Assembly: GCF_021028975.2 (NCBI RefSeq)
Contig: NC_059426.1
Location: forward strand, 74,400,001 to 74,464,000
DNA length: 64,000 nt
Direction: 5' to 3'
Origin: Sphaerodactylus townsendi
Taxonomy: Eukaryota
Part shown: in pieces, positions 1 through 12,206 of the stretch
How positions within the stretch are numbered: the first letter of the stretch is position 1
How the letters are laid out: the number at the start of each line of letters is the position of its first letter
Translations under genes and position numbers: made by a program
Notes under the pieces: generated by a model
The model's database searches: none
The model's input: the letters and a program-made list of their open reading frames with translations, nothing else
What the model was told of the DNA's origin: nothing

Positions 1-449
1 TTCCTGATACATTATTGCAGCTCAGTGTGCCTTGGGTGTGAAGATATGGAAGATCACTTCCCTGCCATATGCTTGGGGAAGGTAAGGGTAGCAAAATATT
101 GTGCTTGTTCACTTAGAAGTAAATCCCACTGAGTTCAGTGGATCTTATTCCCAAATAACCATTCATAGAATCAGAGACTGATAGTCAATCTAGGTCAGGA
201 TATCTGTACTCAGAAGGAAATCCAAAGGAGTTTAGGAGAACATGCTGCCCAATTAGTATATATGTATAGGACAGGACCCCAATTTGTTTCCTTGTGTAAA
301 ACACAGTGACTGCAAAACAGAGAGCCCTTCTGCAGGTGGCTTCATGTGAGCGCAAAGGGGCTGTTTCTTCTCCAAATTGTTTTCTTCTAGGATTTCAAAA
401 TGCAGTTTAGAGAATGCTACCAGGGGAAGGGGGGGGGGGAGAATACCTC

Positions 450-760
450 ACTTAGTTTATAGATCCATCCCACACACTTCTCTGAATTAGAAGCATTGTT
501 TTGTTTTTTGTTTTATCAACAGTTTCCCTCTTGGCATCCTTACAGACATTTTGAAACTGTCGACCTACTTCCCCTTGAACTTTTTTTAGCCAGCAAAATA
601 TACAAAGTTTGTGTAATGTTTGTTCATATGATTTGGCTTTTAAACCTTTTATTATCCTTGTAGCTCTGCCTGCAATCTTTTCCGATTTGTCAACAGCCTT
701 CTTGAATTGTAATTTTTGGAACCAAACCACTCCAAATAAGGTCTTTCCTCCACTGAGTGT
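450..760 (-). mobile_element. Degenerate CR1 ORF2 3' fragment
   Basis: Minus strand reads ...RATRIIKGLKAKSYEQTL..., like the CR1 ORF2 C-terminus, and ends in a GGGATGGATCTATAAA-like 3' sequence. Confidence 0.55.
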
Positions 761-1073
761 ACCTTAGGAATTGTGCAATGACCGTTCAAACCACTGAAGG
801 CTGATTAGTCAAGGAAACAGTATAAACAGGGGTGTTAGTATTACTCCACATGTTGGTAAATCTAGGAATTCAGTATATGCAGAAGCATGTAAACAACACC
901 ATATGTCAAAATGTATATAAAAGTCAGGCACATAAACACATTAGAAGCATTATATTCTTCCAGTTTCCATGATCTTTCCATGTCAAATGTCTGGAAAATT
1001 ATGGGAATCAGAGACAGTAATAGGCATATGTATGCCTAACTCACGTGTCAGTTTGAAAACATGAATGCAAATG

Positions 1074-1272
1074 AACACATGAAGCTGCCTTCATACTGAA
1101 TCAGACCATCAGTCCATCAAGGTCAATGGGGTCTCCTCAGACTGGCAGTGGCCCTCCAGGGTTTCAGGTGGAGGCCTTTCACATAACCTACTGCCCACTG
1201 TATTTAACTGGAGATTCTGGAGACTGAACCTTTTTTCATGCTTTGCAGATGCTCTACCACTCAGCCATAGTC
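1074..1272 (-). mobile_element. tRNA-derived SINE (Squam3-like)
   Basis: Reverse complement has a tRNA-type head (GGCTGAGTGGTAGAGCATCTG) and ends ...AAGGCAGCTTCATGTGTTC. Related copies at about 26212-26360, 26690-26900 and 58760-58930. Confidence 0.7.
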
Positions 1273-1859
1273 TCTCCCGGTTTCTACTAGAAATGGGTGG
1301 AATGCCAAAGTGCCACTCCCAAATTAGTTCAGCACAATAGGAGCTTTATATCTGGAGTGTAACAATGTTTCTTTTCAGGTTCCAGTCCAGAACTGCCATT
1401 CTGGCCTCCAAAATGGAATTCAAAACAGCCACTGACTTCCCATATTTATAGAGACTTTTTGCATTTAGGACAAGTCAAGATCATCTACTCACAGTGATAA
1501 CAGAGTTCTTTAAATATGTGCAAAAGAACAGAAGCCTCTGTAAATAAACAGTAAGGTGTGTTGTTGTGGGGAATTTTGTAGACTCTCTGGAACTGCCATC
1601 AGATGTCATTCTGGAATCATCAGATGCACCAACAGGTTACATTGTCCCCCACTCAATCTGTTACAAAATGTGTAAAAATTGACTGGAGAACTTGCCAATA
1701 GTGTGGTCCTAAGCAGAATTTTTCCAGTCTGAGTCCACTGAAACGAATGGACTTAGACTGAAGTGATTTTTAAATTCCAGTTACATCCAGGCTTCAGCAG
1801 TGTTTCTAATTGCTGCACATGTTGGGCAGTCATGCACACATTCCACATGAAGAACTGGC

Positions 1860-4145
1860 AAGGTGTGACATATGAACTTGTTTAAAAGACAAAAGCATTG
1901 GTTCTGGTCCAGTATAATTACACAAGGAAAGTGTTGTTTCAGATATGGCAGAGATATAGAAGGATTTTTTTGTATTAAAACGCCACTCTGGATCTCAAGA
2001 ATGGAGGCGTTGCAAATAAAAGACAAGAATGAAGGGAAAAATTGGCCAAATCATCAGGATTTATTAGTAGAGCACAAGGACAAACATGCTTGAAAACTAG
2101 AGAGAAGATAATATTCAATGGTTACACCTGTCAATGGTACACTTATTTGCAGTTTTTGAACAACATGAAGTCAGATATGGGATGTGAGGAGTATCATCAA
2201 TGTGGAGTGATTTTGATATGATGATGGCAATGAACACCGCAAAAATATTCAGCAAATTATATAAAATGCTGTTGGAACAGAAAACGGAGAAAGAAGCAAT
2301 AAAAAATTGTATGATAGATTGGGCCAAAACTAATGTGGATCCGATAACACTAGACCAGTGGAGCAGGTATTGGAGAAGTATCTATAAAGATACTCCGAAC
2401 ACTAACATCTGGGAGTATAACTTGAAAATGTGTTATAGAGGATATACTACTTGTGACGAATGCACTTATCCTGCATTCAGTTTACAGGGTGGAGTCTGCC
2501 CTGAAAGAGTTAAGCCCTGGCCAGCCCTGATTGGCCAGAGAAAAAAATGCAGGTACTATAAATAGAGTCAGCGAGAGTGCTGAGGGGTTCTTTTTGGTCT
2601 TTTTGGCTCTGTCTGTGAGCTTTTGTGCCTTCGGGTACATTTTGTGGCAGAGTGAGGAGATTCCGCCAAGATCTCTCACTGATGTTGTTTGTTAATAGCT
2701 GAGGAAGCTATTAAGACATCTGAAACCCTGAGTCTGGAGGAGAGTCTGGAGGAGAGGGAAAACCTCTGACAAGTCTAAAAGTCTGTCCTTCCACAGTTAA
2801 CACCAGTCTTAGGAGGGAGGCCCAGTCCCTACCATGGCAGAGAGGCCAAATTTGGGATTGCAGGAGGAGTGGAGCTTCTGTTATGCCAGAATCCCACAGG
2901 GCTATAGACTGGGTGTTTTGTTTCCAGTGGATTAGGAAGTATAGTGGACTAGGAGAGTCTGTCAACAGAGAGTGTATGAAACCCTCTAAAGAAACATCTT
3001 TTTCTGAAACATCTTTTTCTGAAGAAAAATTTTACTAAAAAGACACCTGCGAGTGTCTAGTAATGTTTTAAAACTTAAATGAAGTGCCATTAACATCTCT
3101 GCAACCGCTAAGCTCAAATCATTAAATTCTGAAACCAACAAGCGTAAATCCTCTCAAGTTACCTGAGAAGCCTCTTTGAAGCCAGAAATAAACGTTTTAA
3201 GTTTTTGTCCAGTTAGATCCGTTCCAGTCTCTATTTTTTTGTCTGTGCCTGTGTTCCCAAAAAGAGTGGTGACCGTTTCATCAGTTTGTGTGGGCTATAG
3301 TAACATATATTTTGGTGGCAGCGAAGAAAATCAAGCTAATTATTAGGAAGGTTCCTAAAACACCTGACGGGAATCCTTCCTATAGAGCAGAATATAACCC
3401 GCTTACGTTACACTACTCCTCTTATTTTATCTAAAATAGATAAATCTAATTCTCCACTATGCTGAAAGTGTGAAAAAGAAAAAGAAATAGGCATGTTTCA
3501 TCATGTGTGGTGGTCTTGTGACAAGGTGTTTGAGTACTGGAAAATGATTCACAAGGAAATAGTGACAGTGACAGGATGTAATTTTCCCATTCATCCGATC
3601 ACTTATTTGTTGGGGCCTGCACTATCTAAGAATTATTATTATTATTATTATTTATTGGGTTTATAGACCGCCCTCCCCCGAAGGGCTCAGAATCAGAAAT
3701 TAACACCACATATGCATATTTTGTATCACATGATAACAGCAGCAAAGGTAGTATTAGCACAGAAGTGGAAATCGGACAAAATGCCTCAGGTAGAAGAGTG
3801 GAAACTTAAAGTACATTATTTTTATACAATGGATAGAACGGCACATCAAATACATAATTTGCTACATGAAACATATAAACAGAATTGGGAGTATTGGACA
3901 AGGTATATTAACTTGACAGAGTACATACTGTTACTATGGAATATTAAGTTTAAATCATCCTGTAAATTAAGATAGAGGATAAGAAAGGCAGATGTATAAT
4001 ATTACTAAGAGGACATAGGAAGTTTAGCTTGAATGCTCTGTTTGTATTTACTTTGTGAGCTCATTATGCGTGTATTGTATTTGGTATGTGTATATAATGT
4101 GTTCTTTATATCTTCAAAATTTTAATAAAAATTAATATTAAAAAT
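1860..4145 (+). mobile_element. L1/Tx1-type LINE, ORF2 3' relic interrupted by a solo LTR
   Basis: KMCYRGYTT|PLILSK...C*KC...GMFHHVWWSC (CCHC knuckle) and AAKVVLAQKWK; AATAAA and A-rich tail at about 4124-4145. Confidence 0.85.
2452..3412 (+). mobile_element. Solo LTR (961 bp) with 5-bp target-site duplication (TSD) CTACT
   Basis: TGTGACG...CGTTACA termini; CTACT at 2447-2451 and 3413-3417; TATAAATA near 2557; AATAAA near 3187. Confidence 0.88.
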
Positions 4146-4924
4146 ATGTCAGTCTGGGTTATCTTCCAGTGCCTTGCAAAAATCTTTGAACCCATCTTAC
4201 TTTAATTCTGTGCTGATAAGAATGGTTCAAATGGTAGCTATGGTGGTGATGAGGTGAACTTGCTCCAGGGAAATGGAAGAAGTTAATGCCGTGAAGTCAC
4301 TTTAAAATATAATGTACAATTTAGTCAGTGTTGCACCCTGAACTAGCATACAAATATAAGAGCTTTCGTGATCACCAACTAGTCCAGCATACTCTTGCAT
4401 ACAGCAGTCAACCAATTGTCCTGGAAAGCCAAACAAAGAGTAGAAGCTGAGACCTTCCCCTGCAGCTGCCTCTGTAGATGGAGACTCTCTTCAGTAACTA
4501 TAATAATAATAACAACCCCTGGAACTTTTCAGCAAAAACTCAAAGCTATGGAACTGGTGGTATGCATAAAAAATGGTATTTTTCAGATTTGGGTATATTG
4601 GAGTAAAAAAAAACTGTATTCCCAATATCCTAAATTTCAATACCAGTACTGGATTCAGGTTTTATTCAGGAATCGAAATTTATACTGCTCCATTGTTACC
4701 TATGAAGAAGTTATTTGGGTGTTTGGGAAATGTTGTTTTTTAAGCTAGAGGCACCAAATTTTCAAGCTGCTTGTCCACAGAAGAACCCAAAAGTTTCAAG
4801 CAGATTGGGCAGGGGGTTCAATTCTATGGGCCCCCATTCATTCTCCATTGTTTCTAATGGGGGTGGGGGAGAGTCTTTTGTTTGTTTGTATTGATGTAGG
4901 CTTTCATGACCAGAACTAACAATC

Positions 4925-5153
4925 TATTCTGGGTTTTCTGGACTGTGTGGCCATGGTCTAGTAGTTTTTGCTGCTAACATTTTGCCTGCATCTATGGCTG
5001 GCATCTTCAGGTATGCTACGATAAGATGTGCCACTGAGAAAAGCACATCTTACTGTGACATACCTCTGAAGATATCAGCCATAGATGCAGGTGAAACATT
5101 AGGAGCAAAAACTAGCAGACCACAGCCACACAGCTCAGAAAACCCACAACAGC
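4925..5153. mobile_element. Penelope-derived inverted-repeat element with hammerhead-core remnant
   Basis: Inverted arms of about 105 bp around a short spacer; CTGAAGA 5066-5072 and GAAAC 5093-5097. Confidence 0.7.
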
Positions 5154-6749
5154 CTTTTTTCTCTCTCTCCAGAGCAAAAGCAAAGAGTCATGTCTGCAGC
5201 AACTACAGGTCAATGCTTCCAGTGGCAAGAACCAACACAAGCATGGAGAGCACTTTTTCAAGTCCAGCAGAACCAAGAGCAATCCACAGCAACCCATGAA
5301 ATCCATCTTAAATGCGGGGGCGGAGGGCACTATTGGAAGCCCGAAAGAATCAATGCCAAACCAGAAAATCCCAGCAGGGTTTTTTTTCTTGTGGGATCTA
5401 TTTGCAGGAAAAAAAGACAATCTACAGAAGCTCAGCAGAACCATTTTAAGCATGGGGGGCCACTTTTGCAACCCCACCACAACCAATGTCACACCACAGA
5501 ATCCCAGGAAGATGAGGAATTTTTTCTTCATTTTTTCCGTTGTAGCTGTCAATGTTACCTGCATTAATGCCCAGCAAGGCGTCTTGCGATACGCTTGTTG
5601 TTGTTGTTTGCTGTTGTTGTTTCAAATCCAATATATTTTTTGTGCAGGGATCAGAAAGCCAGATAGCATTGGAGATTGTCTATTGTGTATTTGGCTAGAA
5701 GTTATCAAAAATATTTTAAGGGAATTTTAGGGCATTTTTTTCGGCCCAGATATACCAAAAGCACATCCCTTTAACATAATAAGCAAATCTTCTGCAAGCA
5801 GGAGAACCATCTGATGACAGTATAGCAGAAGGAGTATTAGCTAAAGGAAGGCATTTTTCGATGGGCAAAATTTGAAGGGAAAGGCCTTTTATTATGGAAA
5901 CAGTTTGTAAAAGCCGGAGCAGTTAAAACTGCACAGCTGGAAGAGGCCATTAATTGCAATAGCATATGGTGAAGGGTTAAAATTGGCTCCCCCCCCCCCC
6001 ACATACACACACACACACACGTTCCTTGAATATATTTCATGTTCCTACTGGAACATAGAGGATCTTCTCTCAGCTTCTAAGATTTGAGACAGCTTGAAGA
6101 CTGGATTCCCTTTGGCTTAAGAAGGAGGAAGACTGGAATCTGGATAATGCACAGGGCTGAAAGCTTGGGCTGAGGGCAGCAATCTTCACAAGAATAGATA
6201 AAGTTTAGTTGGTCATGATTTGAAACACTCTCAACAGTTGAGGCTTTATAGAAACATAGGAAGTCTGCAAGAAAAAGGTAGAGCAATGGTGATGCAACCA
6301 GACTGCAGATGTGACTGGAATACTTAGTTTTCTTTCTACATGGAAGAAGAGCATAAACTGTGTCATGACTTTGAGAAATGGTCTGTAGCCGCAAGATAAG
6401 GCTCAAATGCTGAAACTATCTGGTCAGTCTAAGGAAGTTGTCAAGCCTGGATGGGAGATTGCTTGTGAAGGTTTATGTAAACCTAAAGCTGCCAACCTCT
6501 AGGTGGGGCCTGAAGATCTCCTGGAATTACAAATGATATCCAGATGCCCAGATCAGTTACCTGAAGGAACCGAAACACATAGCCCCTTCCCCCAACACAA
6601 AGTACTAATTTTTTGGCCAAATTTATCTGCAGTATCATTATTGCATAATTCTCCAAATATATGCAGTGATTACTCCTAGTACTTTCTTTCAATAACCCCC
6701 AGCATCTCAGCATTGTATCACTGATGCAATTGCCACGAGTTTCAAAATC

Positions 6750-6995
6750 ATTCTCTGCTCTAATGTTACATCGGTAGATCAATATGAAATTGACAATGCT
6801 GATCCAATCAACCATGTTTCTTTGTATCTCTGCCTGAATGTTATCCTAAGTTCTATGTAAAATTGACAAAGCCAATTCAGTTGACCATCCCAGTTTGTAT
6901 CTCTGCCTGAACATTAACATCTCAGGTTCTACAGGAAATTGACAAAGCTGATCCAATTGACCCTACTTCTTTGTGTCTCTGCCTCAATGTTACAT
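6750..6995. repeat. Degenerate tandem repeat, unit about 73-76 bp, about 3 copies
   Basis: AAATTGACA at 6787, 6860 and 6936, each followed by TTTGT(A/G)TCTCTGCCT. Confidence 0.85.
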
Positions 6996-8872
6996 TGTCA
7001 ATATGACAAAGAGGGGGGGAAAATAAGATCCTTTTGAAAACAGTGAATAAGGGGAAGAAGAAAATAGTTGAAGGGGAGGTTGGGCATATGGGACATGTAT
7101 AAGGGCCAGGTGTTTGAAAATAAAGACCATTTAAGCATGATTACACACTTGAGAAGCTGAATTGAAATAGATCTAAAAACTCATCATAGTTAAAATATTC
7201 AGAAAAACAACAGCAGAAAAATGAAAAACTTTTCCAGAACCAATCAGAGGGGGGAAAATGTGGAATTCAAATGAAAAAATATAGCATATGATGGCAAGAT
7301 ACGTTATAACTGACTCATGTGCAAAAGGCCTGTATCTATTCTGTCCTATCAGAAAAAAGGAGTTCCTACATAAAATGAAGTATATTTGTTTGAATAGAAA
7401 AAAGTCTCTGAGTAATTTTGTTCCTAGTACACTTGCTTTACATGATAGCCTCTGAGCACTCTGCTAAATTGCCAGATTTTGAGTATACCAATAATAAAAA
7501 CCCAGGGATGAGACCCTGCAATAAATTCATATGCCAGCTATGTCCCCTTATCCACTTAGACAATATCATTACAGGATCTAATAGCTTGCTTACCAGCTTA
7601 TTTTCCAATCTGATATATGCCATTACCAGTTAGCAATGCCCTCCTGCTATCCTGTCCACCTAGAACAAATAAATCAGCCTCTTGGTGAAATAATAAATAC
7701 TATGAATGGGACATAAAAATGGAAACATTCAGAATTCAGTAGGCATTTGTTTCAGTCTCACAGAGTTCTTCACAGTTTATCTGAAAGGCACTGTTGTTTA
7801 CCAGGAAATAGTACAGTTATGGTACACAGTACAAAAGTCTTACTGAAGCAAAGCTTGTTCAGATCTAGCCTGTGGCTACATACTTGAAATCCTGTAGAAG
7901 CCATCTTTACGTTCAGGATGGAATAAGGATGGGATTATAAGTATAATACATAAAAGAACTTTAAAAGAATTCATGAAAATGCTGGATACAGTTTAACTGT
8001 ACTCTAATAGATTTGAAACAAAAGGAAGGATTTTTTTTTTTGCCCAGTACATATTGGTATAGGGTTAGAGTGTCAGAGCAAGACTGGGAAACCTCAGTTC
8101 AAATACCCAGTTAGGCATGAAGCTCTCTGAATGATCTTATCCTAAAGATCCTCTCTCTGCCAAGCTGAGCCCACCTCAAACGTTTGTTGTGAGGACGAAT
8201 GGAGAGAGAATTATGTATGCCAGCCTGAACTCCTTGGAGTGGAATAAAAATAGATAAATTAGCACAACAAGACTAGTAAGATCATGTTGTTGCTGTTGTG
8301 GTCCCTGTGTTTACCTTTTATATACTTGTTCACACAGAAATTATGTGGGTTGTCTTTTGAATCCCCTGGCCTCTCCACTCTGCTTTTAACAATTTGTTTT
8401 CTCTATACTGCTGGGCTGATTTATCTACTAAGTGAGGGCACTCTTCTTGCATCTGAAGAAGTGTGCTATAGTCCTAACTTAACAACAAAAAGAAGTGGCT
8501 TCTAAAAGGCTAACATGGCTAATCTGTTGGAAGGTGTGTGTGTGTGCATGTGGTGTGTGTGTGTTAAGCTATACAATCTGTTTTGGCATAAAACCATAAC
8601 TTTTCTTGTTTCTAGATTTGATTTCCCTTTTGTAGATGATACCAAACCCAAATCTCATTGCTGCCTTTAAAACAGAAGATATTGTATTTGAGTGTGAGAT
8701 CTCACTTGCAACTGAGTTTCAGTGGGAGGTAGATCAATGTTCCTCATTTTATTTTATTTGTGTAATTAATTCCCAGAAAAAGAGATGAAATTGTTGGTTA
8801 CAGCAAGAAGCAGAATTTTTTCCATACATGTGGAATTTGTCTAATACATTGATGTAAATGATGCTTCATCGA

Positions 8873-9241
8873 TAGGGGCTGCCAACTCCAAGCTAAGAAA
8901 TAACTGGAGATTTTGGGGATGGAGCCTCAGCAGGGTGGGGCTGGGGAAGGAAGGGGTTTCAGTGTGGAGAATGTGTTGAGTCTCCACCTTCCAAAGCAGC
9001 AGCAGCCATTTTCTTTAAGTGAACTGATCTCTGTAACCTGGAGATTGTTTGTAATCCCTGGAGATCTCTGGCTACTGCCTGAAGCATGGCAACCAGTGGT
9101 GGGATTCAAATAATTTAACAACCGGTTCTGGTGATGGGATTCAAATAATTTAACAACTGGTTGTTTACAAGCACCATTTTAACAACCGGTTCTGCCGAAG
9201 TGGTGTGAACCTGCTGAATCCCACCACTGATGGCAACCCCA
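8873..9241. mobile_element. TAGGGTTGCCA-type MITE with a nested hAT MITE
   Basis: Termini TAGGGGCTGCCA...TGGCAACCCC. Related copies at about 6485, 11604-11790, 29652-29842, 36098-36310 and 43487-43690. Confidence 0.65.
9094..9229. mobile_element. hAT MITE with 8-bp TSD ATGGCAAC
   Basis: Terminal inverted repeat (TIR) CAGTGGTGGGATTCA / TGAATCCCACCACTG; identical 8-mers at 9086-9093 and 9230-9237. Confidence 0.9.
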
Positions 9242-11814
9242 TTGCAGCAGCATAACTAGAATGGTGGTCCTGGCCTTGAATAGTTTGCAAATTGTGGTGG
9301 GCTTAGGCACACAGCATCTCAGGGACAACTTGACATATCCTCTGCTAGGGAGGGGGCACCACCCTGCAGCCGTCTGCCAGACTGTCACAGCTACCCCACT
9401 CTACTCTGCTTTGCTCAAGCAGTTGTGTCAGTGAGTGAGCCAGATGTGGCAGTAGTGGAGAGTGGATGAGCTGCCAAGCTGAGTAGGAAAGCAGCCACTG
9501 TACCAGCATGTCAGCTGGCTGGTTGGCTGGGCAGAAGATCAACTGTCAGCGTCCCAAATGAGGTGGCCTGCAAGGTGAAAAGTCAAGTCAAACAACTGTC
9601 ACTCTGGTGAGTGAGCCTCCATGGAGAGCCAGTCCTTCCACTTTTCACCCCTCTGCTGGGGAGGCAGGCTGGAGGGTCCTTTCTGACATCCATTTTACCC
9701 TCAATCAGAGCCTGGGGGGTGAGGAGGAAACAGCCCCTCAAGCATTCAGCATTCCTTTTCCCCACTGCCTCCACCTCTTGATCTTGGAGCGGCCACTCTT
9801 TCAGCCTAACTTACCTCATATGATTATTGTGAAAATAAAATGGAGGCGGGGAGTTCACCAGGCACATAAGTTCCTTGTGAAAAGGGTAGTCAAACAGAAA
9901 GCATTAGCCTGCTTGTTGAAAATCCCAAAACAGTCATCATGGCTTCAATCAATTTTATTTGTGCAACAGTAAGCAGTAAGCAGCACTGAAGGGAGATTCA
10001 CCTCTCCATCTGCATCAAGGGTGGCATCCAGGTTCAGTGGGGCAAAGATGAGCATCATGATGCTGATAAGAATTTAGATATGCATCTGCATCATCTGCAC
10101 ACATCCAAGCCTGCTGCCTCACAACAGATCAACCTGAGTGGATTGTTGTCCAGAACTCCAAACTACCTTCAAGGAACAGCAGAGAAGAAGGGAAATGAAT
10201 CATCACCACAGAAAGTGACACTGTAACTTATTACTCCTATGTAATAATTAACTCCCAAGACTTAGCAGTCAGTGGAGGATCCTGGACCTTAGGAGTGTGG
10301 AAAAAGATAGCAAAGAGAGGGATAGAGAATGTACTGTTTTGCAGCTTCAAAACACATTAGGGATAACCAAATCCAATTACATGGATAAAGGATATAGAAT
10401 GGACACAATATGAAAATAATGACATCTAAGTTCTAAGTGAATTTGGTGGGAAACCCAAAGAATAGAACTGGTATTCAGTGACTTGCAGCACTCTGGAAAA
10501 GATTGCACAATACTGCCCTGGCCATTGCTGATTTACAGATAATCTGAGTGGCATCTCACTCCTGAGAGCAAAATGCAAATGTTAACTGAAGTGTAACTTT
10601 GGTTTGCATTTGGATTGCGATCTGTTTTTTCCCTGTCAGAAACTCTGTGCCGTTACTTCACAGAGTTGTGGTGAGAATAAAATGGAGGAGAGAACCATGT
10701 ACTTGACTTTGAGTTCCTTGAAGGAAGTGTTTGTTGTGTTGAAAACTGAAAGACCGAAGGATAGAATAGCTGAATGGCAAAAAACCAAGAGGTTCAGCTT
10801 TTCCCCTTCTCTACATCCCCATGTGCTTATGATATTAACAATGAACGTGATCATAAGAGAAGGACTAAGAGCCAAGGGTAAATAAAGTGGGTGGATTACA
10901 TTTGCTTTGGGGAAAATATGGAACAGAGTAATTGAACCATCTGGCCACAGGCTCAGCGCCAGAGTCGTAGAATGAGTAGAAAGAGATGGGTTGAGATCCC
11001 ATTTGTGGACTCACCATGGCCTGGCCTAGGCGAGGCTGTGTTCCTGAATCTGAGAGTTGTCAGGATGTTCCAAAGCAATACCCCTCTGAGGAGAGGAACC
11101 CAAGCCATTCCAACTGCCTCTCTCGCAGGTGTTACCTGCAGTGACTTTCAGAACCTTTCTGTGCATTATTGAGAATACAGTGATAGAATTCTAGACCAGA
11201 CCTTTTCAGCCTGCATACTTTTTAATGTTCCCCCATGGCATATCTATGCTACATATAACTGATTCAAATTACATGGGCCCTACTTGAAAACATCTTGAAA
11301 TCCCCTACTCAGCTTGGATTTTATAATGTACACTTTCACAAATAAATATTATTAAAATGACAGCTGGAGGACTTTCGGGTGCATACTACAGCATGTGTGA
11401 AGGGAAAGGGAATTTAACTGTTCCAGTTCCACAGTGTTCCTACTAATCAAAACATTCCTCTCCTCACACTATTAGTACTTTCAAGAGGAAAAGACAAGGG
11501 TAGAAGTGCCAATAACAGCAGAAAAGTGAGCAGCTGGTTCTGATTACTGAACTGTGCAGCGCTGACTTATTCTTCCCCACGTGATCTTGACCTGAATCAG
11601 GGCTAGGGTTGCCAACTCTGGATCTGGAAATTCCTAGGGGTTTGGAGGTGGTGCCTGTGGTGGTGGTGGAGGACCTCAATGAGATATAATGCCTCTCTTC
11701 AAAGCAGCCATTTTTTCCAAGAGAACTGTTATCTGGAGATCAGCTGCAGTTCCAGGAGATTTCCAGGCTCCACCTGAAGGCTGTGTATCCACCATGTTAA
11801 AAAAGGGGCGGAAG

Positions 11815-12206
11815 CAGAGGTGGGATCCAGCAGGTTCTCACAGGTTCCCAAGAGTAGGTTACTAATTATTTGTGTGTGCCGAGAGGGGGTTACTAATTGG
11901 TGATTTTGCCACGTGATTTTTGCCTTAGTTACGCCCCTCCTCTCAGCAGTAGCTCGCAGAACTTGAAGCAGTCTAACAGGAGGTGCACCGGCGTGCGTGG
12001 CAGCCTGCGCCTGCGTGCATTCGTTTCCCACCCAAGGACCAGCGCAACGGCTGCGTCCTTGCCACAGCCCCGCCGAGGAATGCCCCGCCCCTGGAATGCC
12101 CGGCCACACCCCTGTCGTGCCCCGCCCAGCCCCATTGGTGCTATGCCACAGTTTGAATCCCACCAACATGGGAACCTGTTACTAAAATTTTTGGATCCCA
12201 CCACTG
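11815..12206. mobile_element. Non-autonomous hAT element (CpG-rich, probably young)
   Basis: TIR CAGAGGTGGGATCCA / TGGATCCCACCACTG; imperfect 8-bp TSD GGCGGAAG / GGGAGAAG. Confidence 0.8.

Noticed and set aside
4982-5730. Overlapping 105-150 aa ORFs on both strands
   Set aside because: No recognisable protein family or splice structure; partly overlaps a Penelope-derived repeat.
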